Assembly: GCA_030611805.1 (NCBI GenBank)
Contig: JAUWPB010000002.1
Coordinates: 7,690 to 71,689, forward strand
DNA: 64,000 nucleotides
Origin: Nanobdellota archaeon
GTDB taxonomy: Archaea; Nanobdellota; Nanobdellia; Pacearchaeales; GW2011-AR1
Direction of reading: 5' to 3'
Positions 1-9,274 of this stretch are shown piece after piece. A program made the position numbers and the translations under genes. Under the pieces are notes generated by a model, which was given only the letters and a program-made list of their open reading frames with translations, was not told where the DNA came from and ran no database searches. Every line of letters starts with the position of its first letter. Position 1 is the stretch's first letter.

Positions 1-5
1 TTCTT

Positions 6-962
6 ATGAAATTTTCATTGGTAATTCCTGTAGCACCTGAAAGAGATGCAGAAATAATAGATTCTATCAGAAAATTAGACTATCCTAAATCAGAGTTTCA
101 TGTTTTAGTTGTTAGGGGAAAGAATCCCTCGGAAAACAGGAACAAAGGAGCGTCTAAAGCAAGAGGAGAGATAATAGTTTTTTTAGATGATGATGCCGTA
201 TTAGAAAAAGATTATCTAAAAAATGCTGAAGAATTTTTTGAAAGACATAAAGAAATAGATATTGTTGGGGGGCCTCAATTAACTCCAAAAGATGAAATTG
301 GTTTTGCACAGATTTCTGGTTATGCACTTAGTTCTAAATTTGGTGCATTTAGATTGGCCCATAGATATTCAATAAAAAAAGAAAACCTTAATGTTGATGA
401 AACTGCACTTACTTCTGCAAATCTTTTGTGCAGAAAAGAAGTTATGGAAAAAATAAAATTTGAGGCAAGATTATTTCCAGGTGAAGACCCAAAATTTATT
501 GAAGATGCAAAAAAACAAGGGTTTAAAGTTGCATATTCTCCAGATATAATCTTATACCACAGAAGAAGACCAACAATTAGGAGTATGGCAAAACAATTTT
601 TTAATTATGGAAAAGTAAGACCAAAAAAAGAATCTTTTATTAAAACCCTTGAAAAACCTTATTTTCTTGTCCCAAGTATTTTTTCAATTTATTTAATTAG
701 TTTATTGCTCATAATTATGATTAGTCCTTCAATAATTAGTAGTGTTAATAATTTGGAAAATATGAGGATAGATAATTCTGGGTTTTTATTTTTTATTCCA
801 TTATTTGTTTATATTATTCTTAATTTATTATTCTCAGCATATGATTCAATAAACAATAAAAACTATAAAGCAATTTTATTTCTGCCTTTTATCTATTTCA
901 CAATTCACTTTAGTTATGGTTTTGGCATGATTTATGGTTACTTGAGAAAGTTAAAAAAATGA
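6..962 (+). CDS. GT2-family glycosyltransferase with hydrophobic C-terminal anchor
   Basis: N-terminal 'FSLVIPVAP' and 'VFLDDDAVL' (DxD-like) motifs typical of GT-A/GT2. The C-terminal third is hydrophobic. Stop overlaps the next start (ATGA at 959-962). Confidence 0.75.
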   Translation: MKFSLVIPVAPERDAEIIDSIRKLDYPKSEFHVLVVRGKNPSENRNKGASKARGEIIVFLDDDAVLEKDYLKNAEEFFERHKEIDIVGGPQLTPKDEIGFAQISGYALSSKFGAFRLAHRYSIKKENLNVDETALTSANLLCRKEVMEKIKFEARLFPGEDPKFIEDAKKQGFKVAYSPDIILYHRRRPTIRSMAKQFFNYGKVRPKKESFIKTLEKPYFLVPSIFSIYLISLLLIIMISPSIISSVNNLENMRIDNSGFLFFIPLFVYIILNLLFSAYDSINNKNYKAILFLPFIYFTIHFSYGFGMIYGYLRKLKK

Positions 963-2419
963 AAATATTAATGGGTTATCCTCCGACAGAATCTGAAAAA
1001 GGAACTGCGACTCTTGGGCAAAATCGTCAGTTTCAGTGGTTTACAAATCCTTGTTTGATTTTCCCGGTTGTTCCTGCAAGTGCTGCTACTTTGTTAGATA
1101 AAAAGGGCCATAATGTTCAGTGGATTGATTGTATTGCTGAAAAAATAAACCGGAAAGATTTTATTAAAATAATTGAAAAAGAAAATCCAGATTTATTTGT
1201 TTTTGAAACAAAAACCCCTGTTGTAAAAATGCATTGGAAAATTATTGGTGATTTAAAAAAAAGATTTCCAAAAATAAAAATAGTCATTATGGGAGATCAT
1301 GTAACTTCTTTTCCTGAAGAAACAATGAAAAATTCTAAAGTTGATTTTGTTCTTTGTGGAGGAGATTTTGATTTCTTATTACTTGAATTAGTGAATTGGC
1401 TTGCAAAGAAAACAAAAAAAATTCCTAAAGGAATTTATTATAGGGGCAAAAATAAAATAATCAATAGTGGAAAATTTCAATTAAAACATAATTTAGATGA
1501 ATTACCTTTTATTAATCGGGAATTAGCAAAATGGCGTCTTTATGATAAAGAATATAATCTCATTGGAAGGCCTTTTTTTTATATTATGTCTGGAAGAGAT
1601 TGTTGGTGGAGGAGGTGCAAGTTTTGCGCATGGCCGAAGCTGTTCCCAAAATTCAGGGTTCGGAGTGTTGAAAATGTTTTAAATGAAATAAAAATGTTAA
1701 TTAATAAATATAATGCCAAAGAGATTTTTGATGATTCTGGAACTCTAATGATTGGAGAATGGCTAAAAGATTTGTGTAATGGATTGATAAAAAGAGGTTA
1801 TAATAAAAAAATAAAATATTCCTGCAATATGAGGTTTGGGGCATTAAAACAAGAAGATTATGATTTAATGAAAAAAGCCGGGTTTAGACTTTTGAAATTT
1901 GGGCTTGAATCAGCAAACCAAAAAACACTTGATAAATTGGATAAAGGAATAAAAGTTGAGGACATAATTAAAGGTTGTGAAATGGCTAAAAAATCAGGAT
2001 TGACAGTTCATTTAACAATGATTGTTGGTTATCCTTGGGAAACTAAACAAGATGCCTTGAAAACTTTTGAATTAGCTAAGAAATTAATGCAATCTGGCAA
2101 AGCTGATTTGTTGCAATCTACTGTTTTAATTCCTTATCCCGGAACACGTTTATGGAAAGAAGCAAAACAAAATAATTGGTTATTATTTAATGAAAAAGCT
2201 TATGAAAGATATGACCAAAGAGAACCTGTATTAAAAACAAAAAATTCCGAACCTGAAGAAATTGCAAGCATCTGTGGAAAAATTTACACTATTTTTTTGA
2301 CCCCTCAGTATATTTTCGCAAGATTGAAAAGCATAAAAAATTGGGACGATTTTAAATTTAATCTGCGAGGAGCCAAAGCTGTTTTAGGACATTTAAATGA
2401 TTTTTGGAAAGGAAAATGA
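959..2419 (+). CDS. B12-binding-domain radical SAM enzyme (atypical Cx4Cx2C triad)
   Basis: Rossmann-like N-terminal half ('IVIMGDHVT', 'VLCGGDFD'), then 'GRDCWWRRCKFCAW' and 'LKFGLESANQ'. The layout matches class-B rSAM, but Cys spacing is 4+2 rather than 3+2. Confidence 0.7.
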   Translation: MKILMGYPPTESEKGTATLGQNRQFQWFTNPCLIFPVVPASAATLLDKKGHNVQWIDCIAEKINRKDFIKIIEKENPDLFVFETKTPVVKMHWKIIGDLKKRFPKIKIVIMGDHVTSFPEETMKNSKVDFVLCGGDFDFLLLELVNWLAKKTKKIPKGIYYRGKNKIINSGKFQLKHNLDELPFINRELAKWRLYDKEYNLIGRPFFYIMSGRDCWWRRCKFCAWPKLFPKFRVRSVENVLNEIKMLINKYNAKEIFDDSGTLMIGEWLKDLCNGLIKRGYNKKIKYSCNMRFGALKQEDYDLMKKAGFRLLKFGLESANQKTLDKLDKGIKVEDIIKGCEMAKKSGLTVHLTMIVGYPWETKQDALKTFELAKKLMQSGKADLLQSTVLIPYPGTRLWKEAKQNNWLLFNEKAYERYDQREPVLKTKNSEPEEIASICGKIYTIFLTPQYIFARLKSIKNWDDFKFNLRGAKAVLGHLNDFWKGK

Positions 2420-3231
2420 GGAACATAAAAATAAATCCTTTAGTTTCAGTGGTAATTCCTACAAAAAATAGGGCCTATATTCTGGGAGAAACAATAGAGT
2501 CTTTGTTAAAACAAACTTATACAAACATAGAGATAATAGTAGTTGATGATTGTTCCACAGACAAAACCCAACAATTAGTTTATGAAATTCAAAAAAGAAG
2601 CGGAAAAAAGATTATCTTTTTACAAAATGAAAAGAATAAAGGTCCTGCAGCCTCAAGGAACAGAGGAGTAAAAGAATCAAAAGGAGAGATTATCTTTTTT
2701 ACAGATTCTGATTGTTTTGTTCCGAAAGATTGGCTTGAGAAGATAATTAAGGAATATAAAGATAAAGAAATTGTCGGTGTGGGGGGATACCTAAAACCAG
2801 ACACAAATAACTGGGTTGGAAAATTAGAAAATCTTCAAAACAAATACCTTCTCCACATAGGAAATAAAAAAATTAAAGGAAACGAAAAATGCCCGGTAGG
2901 ATATACAAATAGCATGACTTATAAAAAAGATGTTTTGGAAAAGGCAGGAGGATTTAATGAAAATTTCAAATTTCCCTCGGGAGAAGATATTGATTTAAAA
3001 AAGAGGATATGCTCTAAAGGGGCTAAATTGGTTTTTGTTCCAGCCCCAATAATGCATCTTGATGAATATAATTTAGACTATTTACTAAACAGATTTATAA
3101 TAAGAGGACTAAACAAAGATGTTCCAAAAAATAAAATTTTCAAAATATTTTATGTTTTATTTATGTTTCCTTTAATTGTTATAAAAATTATCATTAAAAT
3201 AATAAAATATAAATTGCAGAGGGTTATTTAG
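2416..3231 (+). CDS. GT2-family glycosyltransferase
   Basis: 'VSVVIPTKNRAYILGETIESLLKQTY..IEIIVVDDCSTD' and 'FTDSDC' motifs. ATG at 2416 forms an ATGA overlap with the upstream stop; the track start at 2404 is TTG. Confidence 0.8.
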   Translation: MRNIKINPLVSVVIPTKNRAYILGETIESLLKQTYTNIEIIVVDDCSTDKTQQLVYEIQKRSGKKIIFLQNEKNKGPAASRNRGVKESKGEIIFFTDSDCFVPKDWLEKIIKEYKDKEIVGVGGYLKPDTNNWVGKLENLQNKYLLHIGNKKIKGNEKCPVGYTNSMTYKKDVLEKAGGFNENFKFPSGEDIDLKKRICSKGAKLVFVPAPIMHLDEYNLDYLLNRFIIRGLNKDVPKNKIFKIFYVLFMFPLIVIKIIIKIIKYKLQRVI

Positions 3232-3239
3232 AGGATAAA

Positions 3240-4331
3240 ATGACTTATAAAAAAGTTATAAGAAAAATTTATTGGAAACATTCTTTTAAATTTTTTATGT
3301 GTGCATTATCATGTTTTCTATCCAAACCAAAAGCGATTTCATTTCCATTAAGAGTTGAGATTGAAAACGGTGCAGGATGTAATTTAAAGTGCAAAATGTG
3401 TGCTCTAAATAATATGAAAAGAAAAAGAGGGTTTCTGAATTTCAAAAACTTCAAAAAAATATATGACCAAGTAAAGCCCCCTTATTGCAATCTTTCAGGA
3501 TATACAGAAAGCTTCCTGAATAAAGATATTTTCAAGATGATAAAATATGCAAAAAGTCAGGGTTCTTTTGTGAAGTTAGATTCAAATGCAACGATTATGA
3601 ACAAACAAATTATAGAAAATATTATTGAGTCGGATTTAGATTCAATTTCAATTTCAATAGATGGCTCCACACAAAAAACATATGGAAAGGTACGAAGAGG
3701 AGGAAAATTAGATATAGTTTTATTAAATCTAAAAAAACTTATTAGACAAAAAAACAAAAAAAAATCCAATCTGATAATAGCAATAGCAATAGTTGTGCAA
3801 AAAGATAATCTTCAAGATTTAATGAATATTATTAAATTGCTTGATGAAATTGGGGTGAATGAAATAAATCCTGTCCCAATTACAGAATATGATATTGAAA
3901 AATATGACAAATTTACATTGAAGAACTGCATTGTAGAATTGGAAAAGTTTTGTAAAGAAAAATTAAAAACAAAAACAAAGGTAAATGTTGGTGCCTTAAA
4001 TAGATATTTAAAGGATTATGAAAAGAATAATTTACGGTATAAAAAAGAAGCATGCTACGCTCCGTGGTATGATTCATATATTACTTGGGAAGGAGATGTA
4101 GTTCCATGCTGTTATCATTATGACAAACAAGTCTGCTTTGGTAATGTTTTTAAGGAAGATTTTAAAAAAATTTGGAATAATAAAAAATACAAAGATTTTA
4201 GAAAAAAGATTGTTAAAAAAAGGGAATCTATGATTTGCCAAACATGTAGAAATCACGATACTTTTTTAGAAGATAAATTTAAAATATTGCGAAAAATCCC
4301 TTTTATAGGAGTTTTATCAAATAGAAATTAA
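3240..4331 (+). CDS. radical SAM enzyme with SPASM-like C-terminal Cys cluster
   Basis: 'GAGCNLKCKMCAL' CxxxCxxC triad. C-terminal 'CYAPW..GDVVPCCYHYD..CFGN..CQTCRN'. Confidence 0.8.
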   Translation: MTYKKVIRKIYWKHSFKFFMCALSCFLSKPKAISFPLRVEIENGAGCNLKCKMCALNNMKRKRGFLNFKNFKKIYDQVKPPYCNLSGYTESFLNKDIFKMIKYAKSQGSFVKLDSNATIMNKQIIENIIESDLDSISISIDGSTQKTYGKVRRGGKLDIVLLNLKKLIRQKNKKKSNLIIAIAIVVQKDNLQDLMNIIKLLDEIGVNEINPVPITEYDIEKYDKFTLKNCIVELEKFCKEKLKTKTKVNVGALNRYLKDYEKNNLRYKKEACYAPWYDSYITWEGDVVPCCYHYDKQVCFGNVFKEDFKKIWNNKKYKDFRKKIVKKRESMICQTCRNHDTFLEDKFKILRKIPFIGVLSNRN

Positions 4332-4332
4332 A

Positions 4333-4968
4333 ATGCAAAAATATTTTGGAAAAGAAAGAATATGTAGAGAATATATTGACAAAAATATAAAAGGAAAAAC
4401 ACTTAATATAGGGGCGGGAGAAGTTTTATGGATAGAAAATGAACTCTTTTTAAATAATCCTAAGTTTATCTCCTCTGATATTGAAGAAAAAAATTTGAGG
4501 AGTAAAAATTTTGCATTAAACAAAATTGAAATAGATGCTGTGAAAATACCATTTAAAGATGGCGAGATATCTCAAATAATTATTTTAGATGTTTTAGAAC
4601 ACATAAAACATGATCTAAAAGTTGTTGAAGAAATGAACAGAATATTGAAGAAAGGATGTGCAATAGTAATTTGTGTACCGAGTGAAAATTTCTGCAATAT
4701 TTTTAACCCAATAAAATATTTGCAACATAAACGGCATTATTCTATTGAAAATATAACTTCTCTTTTAACAAAAAATGGATTTAAAATAGAAAAAATCTTT
4801 TGTGGAGGGGGGTTTTTTGAATTACTTGATTTATACATTCATCTAATTATAAAACATACAACTGGAAAATTAGCTTGGTTCAATTTTTTAAAAAAGTTGA
4901 AAGATTGGGAATATAGAAAACATAATGAAAATGGAAATGAGATTATTATAAGGGCTATTAAAAAATAA
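4333..4968 (+). CDS. class I SAM-dependent methyltransferase (type 11-like)
   Basis: 'TLNIGAGE' glycine-rich SAM loop and 'IIILDVLEHI' motif. Confidence 0.7.
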   Translation: MQKYFGKERICREYIDKNIKGKTLNIGAGEVLWIENELFLNNPKFISSDIEEKNLRSKNFALNKIEIDAVKIPFKDGEISQIIILDVLEHIKHDLKVVEEMNRILKKGCAIVICVPSENFCNIFNPIKYLQHKRHYSIENITSLLTKNGFKIEKIFCGGGFFELLDLYIHLIIKHTTGKLAWFNFLKKLKDWEYRKHNENGNEIIIRAIKK

Positions 4969-5043
4969 TAGGAATTAAGATTTTCTAACAAGTATATTTT
5001 AGAAAGAAGATATATTTTTATATAGTTATTTTATCCTTAATCT

Positions 5044-6540
5044 ATGCTTAAAATATTGTTAATCAATCCATATCTTACTCATAAAACAAATGAGAGAAAA
5101 TATCCCATGGAACCATTAGGATTATTATCCCTTGCTACTTATTTAAACAGTAGAATAAAAAAAAATATTTTAGAGTTTGAAATTCAAATTCTTGATGCTC
5201 AACTTGAGGGGGCAGAAAAATGTATCAAAACAAAAAGAGGTTATAGATCTGGTTTAAGTGATGCTGAAATTGAAAATAAATTGAAAAAATATAATCCGGA
5301 TATAATTGGCATTACAAACAATTATACTGGTCACACAAGAGATGTTCTGGATTTTTCTAAAATAGCAAAAAAAGTTTGCCCAAAAATTAAACTGATTTTG
5401 GGAGGAGCCCATGCTACAATTGCCCATGAAGAAATTATCAAAGAAAAAGACATTGATGTGATTGTGAGGGGCGAGGGGGAAGAAACCTTTAAAGAAATCG
5501 TTCTTTCATTGAAGAACAAAACTAATCTTAAAGATATTTTATCTATAACTTATAAAGAAAAAAATAAGATAAAGATAAATCCAAAAAGACCCTTAATTGA
5601 AGACATAAACACTCTTCCAATTCCTGATCGTTCATTAATCCCTTACAAAAAGTACCTTGAAAAAACATCTATAAATTACTTTTTCACGATGAATAAACCT
5701 GTTGGAACACTTTTTACTTCAAGGGGCTGTCCTTTCAGGTGTATATTTTGTAGCACCAGTAAGGTATGGACAAATAAATGGAGAGGAAGAAGTGCGGAAA
5801 ATATAATTGAGGAAATAGAATATTTAAAAAGAATTTACAAGGTAAAGGAAATCTCTTTCATGGATGATCAATTCATGGGAAATAAAAAAAGAATTAAAAA
5901 ATTATGCAGATTAATTATAAAGAAAAAATTAGGAGTTAGTTTTATTTGTCCTCCAGGAATATCTCCTTCATTAGTTGATGAAGAAGCACTAAATTTAATG
6001 AAACAAGCAGGGTTTTACAGAATTTGTTTTTCAATTGATGTTGGGACTAATCTTGCAAGAGATTATGTGGGAAAACCAGTCAAATTAGAGGAAATGCGAG
6101 AGTTAATTAAAAATGCTAATTCAAAAGGTTTTTGGACATATGCACATTTTGTGATTGGATTTTTACATGAAAAGACCTCGGATATTCAAGAAACAATAAA
6201 GTATGCATATGGTCTAAAATTAGATTTTGCAAGATTCTTCATAGCCCAACCATATTTAGGTTCCAGACTCTATGATATTTATCTTGAAAAAGGCTTAATC
6301 AATAAAAATGATGTGGAAGATCATAATTCAATATATGAACCAGTTATTGGGACAGAGCATATTTCCTGCGAGAAACTTAAAACATTGAGAGACTCTGCAG
6401 AGTATGGTTATTCTAAATTTCATATAAAACATTTCATGAATCCTTTCTATATGATTAAAGAATTTCTTCCAAAAATATCCTCTTTTAAAAAATTCAATTA
6501 TTTTGTTGGATTGATATCTCACTATGGTGATAAGAAATAA
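5044..6540 (+). CDS. B12-binding-domain radical SAM enzyme
   Basis: 'ILLINPY', 'LILGGAHAT', 'VIVRGEGEETF' in the B12-like half, then 'SRGCPFRCIFCS'. Confidence 0.8.
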   Translation: MLKILLINPYLTHKTNERKYPMEPLGLLSLATYLNSRIKKNILEFEIQILDAQLEGAEKCIKTKRGYRSGLSDAEIENKLKKYNPDIIGITNNYTGHTRDVLDFSKIAKKVCPKIKLILGGAHATIAHEEIIKEKDIDVIVRGEGEETFKEIVLSLKNKTNLKDILSITYKEKNKIKINPKRPLIEDINTLPIPDRSLIPYKKYLEKTSINYFFTMNKPVGTLFTSRGCPFRCIFCSTSKVWTNKWRGRSAENIIEEIEYLKRIYKVKEISFMDDQFMGNKKRIKKLCRLIIKKKLGVSFICPPGISPSLVDEEALNLMKQAGFYRICFSIDVGTNLARDYVGKPVKLEEMRELIKNANSKGFWTYAHFVIGFLHEKTSDIQETIKYAYGLKLDFARFFIAQPYLGSRLYDIYLEKGLINKNDVEDHNSIYEPVIGTEHISCEKLKTLRDSAEYGYSKFHIKHFMNPFYMIKEFLPKISSFKKFNYFVGLISHYGDKK

Positions 6541-6569
6541 GAAAAAAGTAAATAAGAGATTTGGTAAAA

Positions 6570-7718
6570 ATGAAAAAGATAATAAAATCGCTTGGAAAAA
6601 ATAAGAATTTGGCAAAATGTTTAGAACACTTATATTGTAAAATTCCTTACTTATTTGGGAATGGCCAAGCGTTCAATCCTTTATCAGTTGTGCTCTTAGT
6701 TTCTTATAAATGTAATCTAAGATGTAAAATGTGTTTTTATTATAATGACTCTGAAAAAGATAATACTTGTAACTTGATTAAAAATAGAGCAAATGAAGAA
6801 TTAACTCTGGGACAAATATACAAATTAATTGATGATGCTTCTTATATGAAAGTTAAAATCCTGACAATACATGGAGGAGAACCTCTACTTTATCCAGATA
6901 TTTTTAAAATTTCTAATTATGCTTATGAGAAAGGATTGTTAGTAAATTTTATCACAAATGGCGCTCTTTTAAGTGAGAAAATTGCTAAAAAAATTGTTAA
7001 TGCTAAAATTAATCAAATAACATTTTCATTAGACGGTCCAGAAGCAATTCATGATAATGTTCGTAATGTTAAGGGGACATTTAAAAGATTAATGCTGGGA
7101 GTAAAGAATCTCAAAAATTTGGAGGAAAAAGGATATAAAATTCCTAATTTATGTATCTCCACATATATTTCTGCAATAAATCAAAATAAAATAAAAGATA
7201 TCATTGATGTGATTAAGAACATTGGAATAAAAGATTGGGGAGTTGGATTGATTACTCATAACGGAGAAAAATTAGCAATTGCTACTAGTAAAATACTAAA
7301 AATTAATAAAAATAAAAATCAGGGTAACTTGGAAAATTTGAAAGACGAAGTAAAAAACATTGATATAAATATATTAAAAAAACAGAGAGAAATCGTGAGC
7401 ACAAAAAATAAAAAATATCAATTAGAAATAATATTTCCATCAAAAAAAGCAATTGAAAATTATTACAATCCTGGTTTTAATGAAATGGATTATTGTCTGC
7501 TTCCCTGGTCAAGAATAGTTATCTCTCCTTATGGAGAAGTTTTTCCTTGTATTAATCTTTCTATGATTGGTTGTGTGCTTGGGAATATAAAAGAAAAATC
7601 CTTAAAAGACATATGGAATTCTCAGAGATATATTAATTTTAGGAAGAAATTGAAAAAGAATAAATTATTCCCGCTTTGCTCTAAATGTTGCCACATAAAT
7701 AATTTAAAGAAAATATAA
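6570..7718 (+). CDS. radical SAM enzyme with SPASM-like tail
   Basis: 'SYKCNLRCKMCFY', 'TIHGGEPLL'. C-terminal 'CLLPW..GEVFPC..CVLGN..CSKCCH'. ATG at 6570; the track start at 6561 is TTG. Confidence 0.8.
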   Translation: MKKIIKSLGKNKNLAKCLEHLYCKIPYLFGNGQAFNPLSVVLLVSYKCNLRCKMCFYYNDSEKDNTCNLIKNRANEELTLGQIYKLIDDASYMKVKILTIHGGEPLLYPDIFKISNYAYEKGLLVNFITNGALLSEKIAKKIVNAKINQITFSLDGPEAIHDNVRNVKGTFKRLMLGVKNLKNLEEKGYKIPNLCISTYISAINQNKIKDIIDVIKNIGIKDWGVGLITHNGEKLAIATSKILKINKNKNQGNLENLKDEVKNIDINILKKQREIVSTKNKKYQLEIIFPSKKAIENYYNPGFNEMDYCLLPWSRIVISPYGEVFPCINLSMIGCVLGNIKEKSLKDIWNSQRYINFRKKLKKNKLFPLCSKCCHINNLKKI

Positions 7719-7720
7719 TT

Positions 7721-9238
7721 TTATTGCTCATTAATTTTATAGATGATAACAGCGGGTTGTTTTTGTTCTTGATCAAAAAATACTGCGTTCACGGGGGAAA
7801 GTTTTGATGAAAGATTAATATTTACATAATCAAGAACTTCTACTGATTGGTGTTCAAAGCCATGGATAATTATATAATCTACACCTGACAAAGAACCTTG
7901 CAAATCAGTTTTATTCCAGTGAGCAATTCCTCTCTCTGCATAATAAATTGTGTAAGGATCTATTGCATCTCCCAAAAGAACTGCATCCTCTGGAGTATTT
8001 TCATTAATCCATAAAAAAGCCTGTTTCATCTGGAGATAAGATGTTTTTTTAGACTCAATCATGGTGTTCGCAAAACTTATTTGGGAATAAGCCCCGGTAA
8101 TTAAAACTAAAACCAACAAAACTACTGCTATGTTTTTGTTATATTTTTTTACAAGATTGTAGGGATAAGAAATCCCTCTTGAAACCAAGAAGATTATTGA
8201 AGGCAGACAAATAAATAGGTATCTATCTTCTGCTGCCTTTAGCCAAAAAATAAAAAATAAAAGAGGGACAAGAAGAAGTAAGAAAACAAATAAATCTGAT
8301 CTAAGACTTCTAATTTTTGAATAAAAACCAAAACTTAAAATAATTCTAAATAAAATAATTAAAAGACCCAAGATAAAAAATATTAATAAAAACTTCTGTA
8401 AAATATGAGGTATAAGATTGGACAATGTATAAAATGCATAAGAAGGTAGACTTTCTGCACCTTTAGAATAAGTTTCCACTGCTGGAAACAATGTTTCATA
8501 TACTAATATATTTCTAATAAAGAAGCTTATTAGAGGGATTATCCCGAGTATTCCTCCAATCCAAAAAGATTTATTTTTTAAAAAAGAAAATTTTTTTGTT
8601 GAAAATAAAAATAAAACATAAACAAACCCGACCAGACCAGAAGGATATCGCATTAAAACTGCCAAAGAAAGAAAAAATATGGATAATGCAAAATTTTTAA
8701 TTTCCATTTTTTTATCAAATTTTAAGAAAAAATAAATACTCATTAAAATAAGAGTTAAAGAGGGTACGCCGGTCAGCATTCTTACTGAATAAAAAAGATT
8801 TATCCATAGAACGGCCATAAAAAAAGAAGAAATCAAAGCAATTTTTTTATTAAATAATTGTTTTCCTATTAAGTAAATAAAAACAACTGAAAGAAATGAG
8901 GGGATTATCTGGAGTAAAAACATTGAAAAAAATTCAGAAAGATTCAACCTCATAAGAATAGACCACAAAAAAGGCAATAGTGGAGGTCTTATTATAAATT
9001 CATGTAAAAGAAATCCATTTTCAGACCAACGATGAAAAATAAATTCTTTAGCCATACTTCCATATGCCAAACTATCCCACCAGTGAGCTTGACCTTTTGT
9101 CAGGAAAAAATAATACATTCTAATAAAAAAAGAAAAAATTAAAATCCCTGCTAAAGCAAAATTGTGTGGTTTTTTTATCCAACTAAAAAATTGTTTTTTT
9201 AGTTTTTCTTTTCTTTTTTCGAGAAGAGCTTCTTCCAT
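7721..9238 (-). CDS. polytopic GT-C type glycosyltransferase (PMT_2/ArnT-like)
   Basis: More than 10 predicted hydrophobic helices, an N-terminal loop 'WWDSLAYGSMAKEF', and a soluble C-terminal ~100 aa. The architecture matches GT39/GT83-like enzymes that use polyprenyl-P-sugar donors. Confidence 0.6.
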   Translation of the reverse strand: MEEALLEKRKEKLKKQFFSWIKKPHNFALAGILIFSFFIRMYYFFLTKGQAHWWDSLAYGSMAKEFIFHRWSENGFLLHEFIIRPPLLPFLWSILMRLNLSEFFSMFLLQIIPSFLSVVFIYLIGKQLFNKKIALISSFFMAVLWINLFYSVRMLTGVPSLTLILMSIYFFLKFDKKMEIKNFALSIFFLSLAVLMRYPSGLVGFVYVLFLFSTKKFSFLKNKSFWIGGILGIIPLISFFIRNILVYETLFPAVETYSKGAESLPSYAFYTLSNLIPHILQKFLLIFFILGLLIILFRIILSFGFYSKIRSLRSDLFVFLLLLVPLLFFIFWLKAAEDRYLFICLPSIIFLVSRGISYPYNLVKKYNKNIAVVLLVLVLITGAYSQISFANTMIESKKTSYLQMKQAFLWINENTPEDAVLLGDAIDPYTIYYAERGIAHWNKTDLQGSLSGVDYIIIHGFEHQSVEVLDYVNINLSSKLSPVNAVFFDQEQKQPAVIIYKINEQ

Positions 9239-9274
9239 CTTAGTACTAAAAAATCTTCGTATATAAGATTTTTG

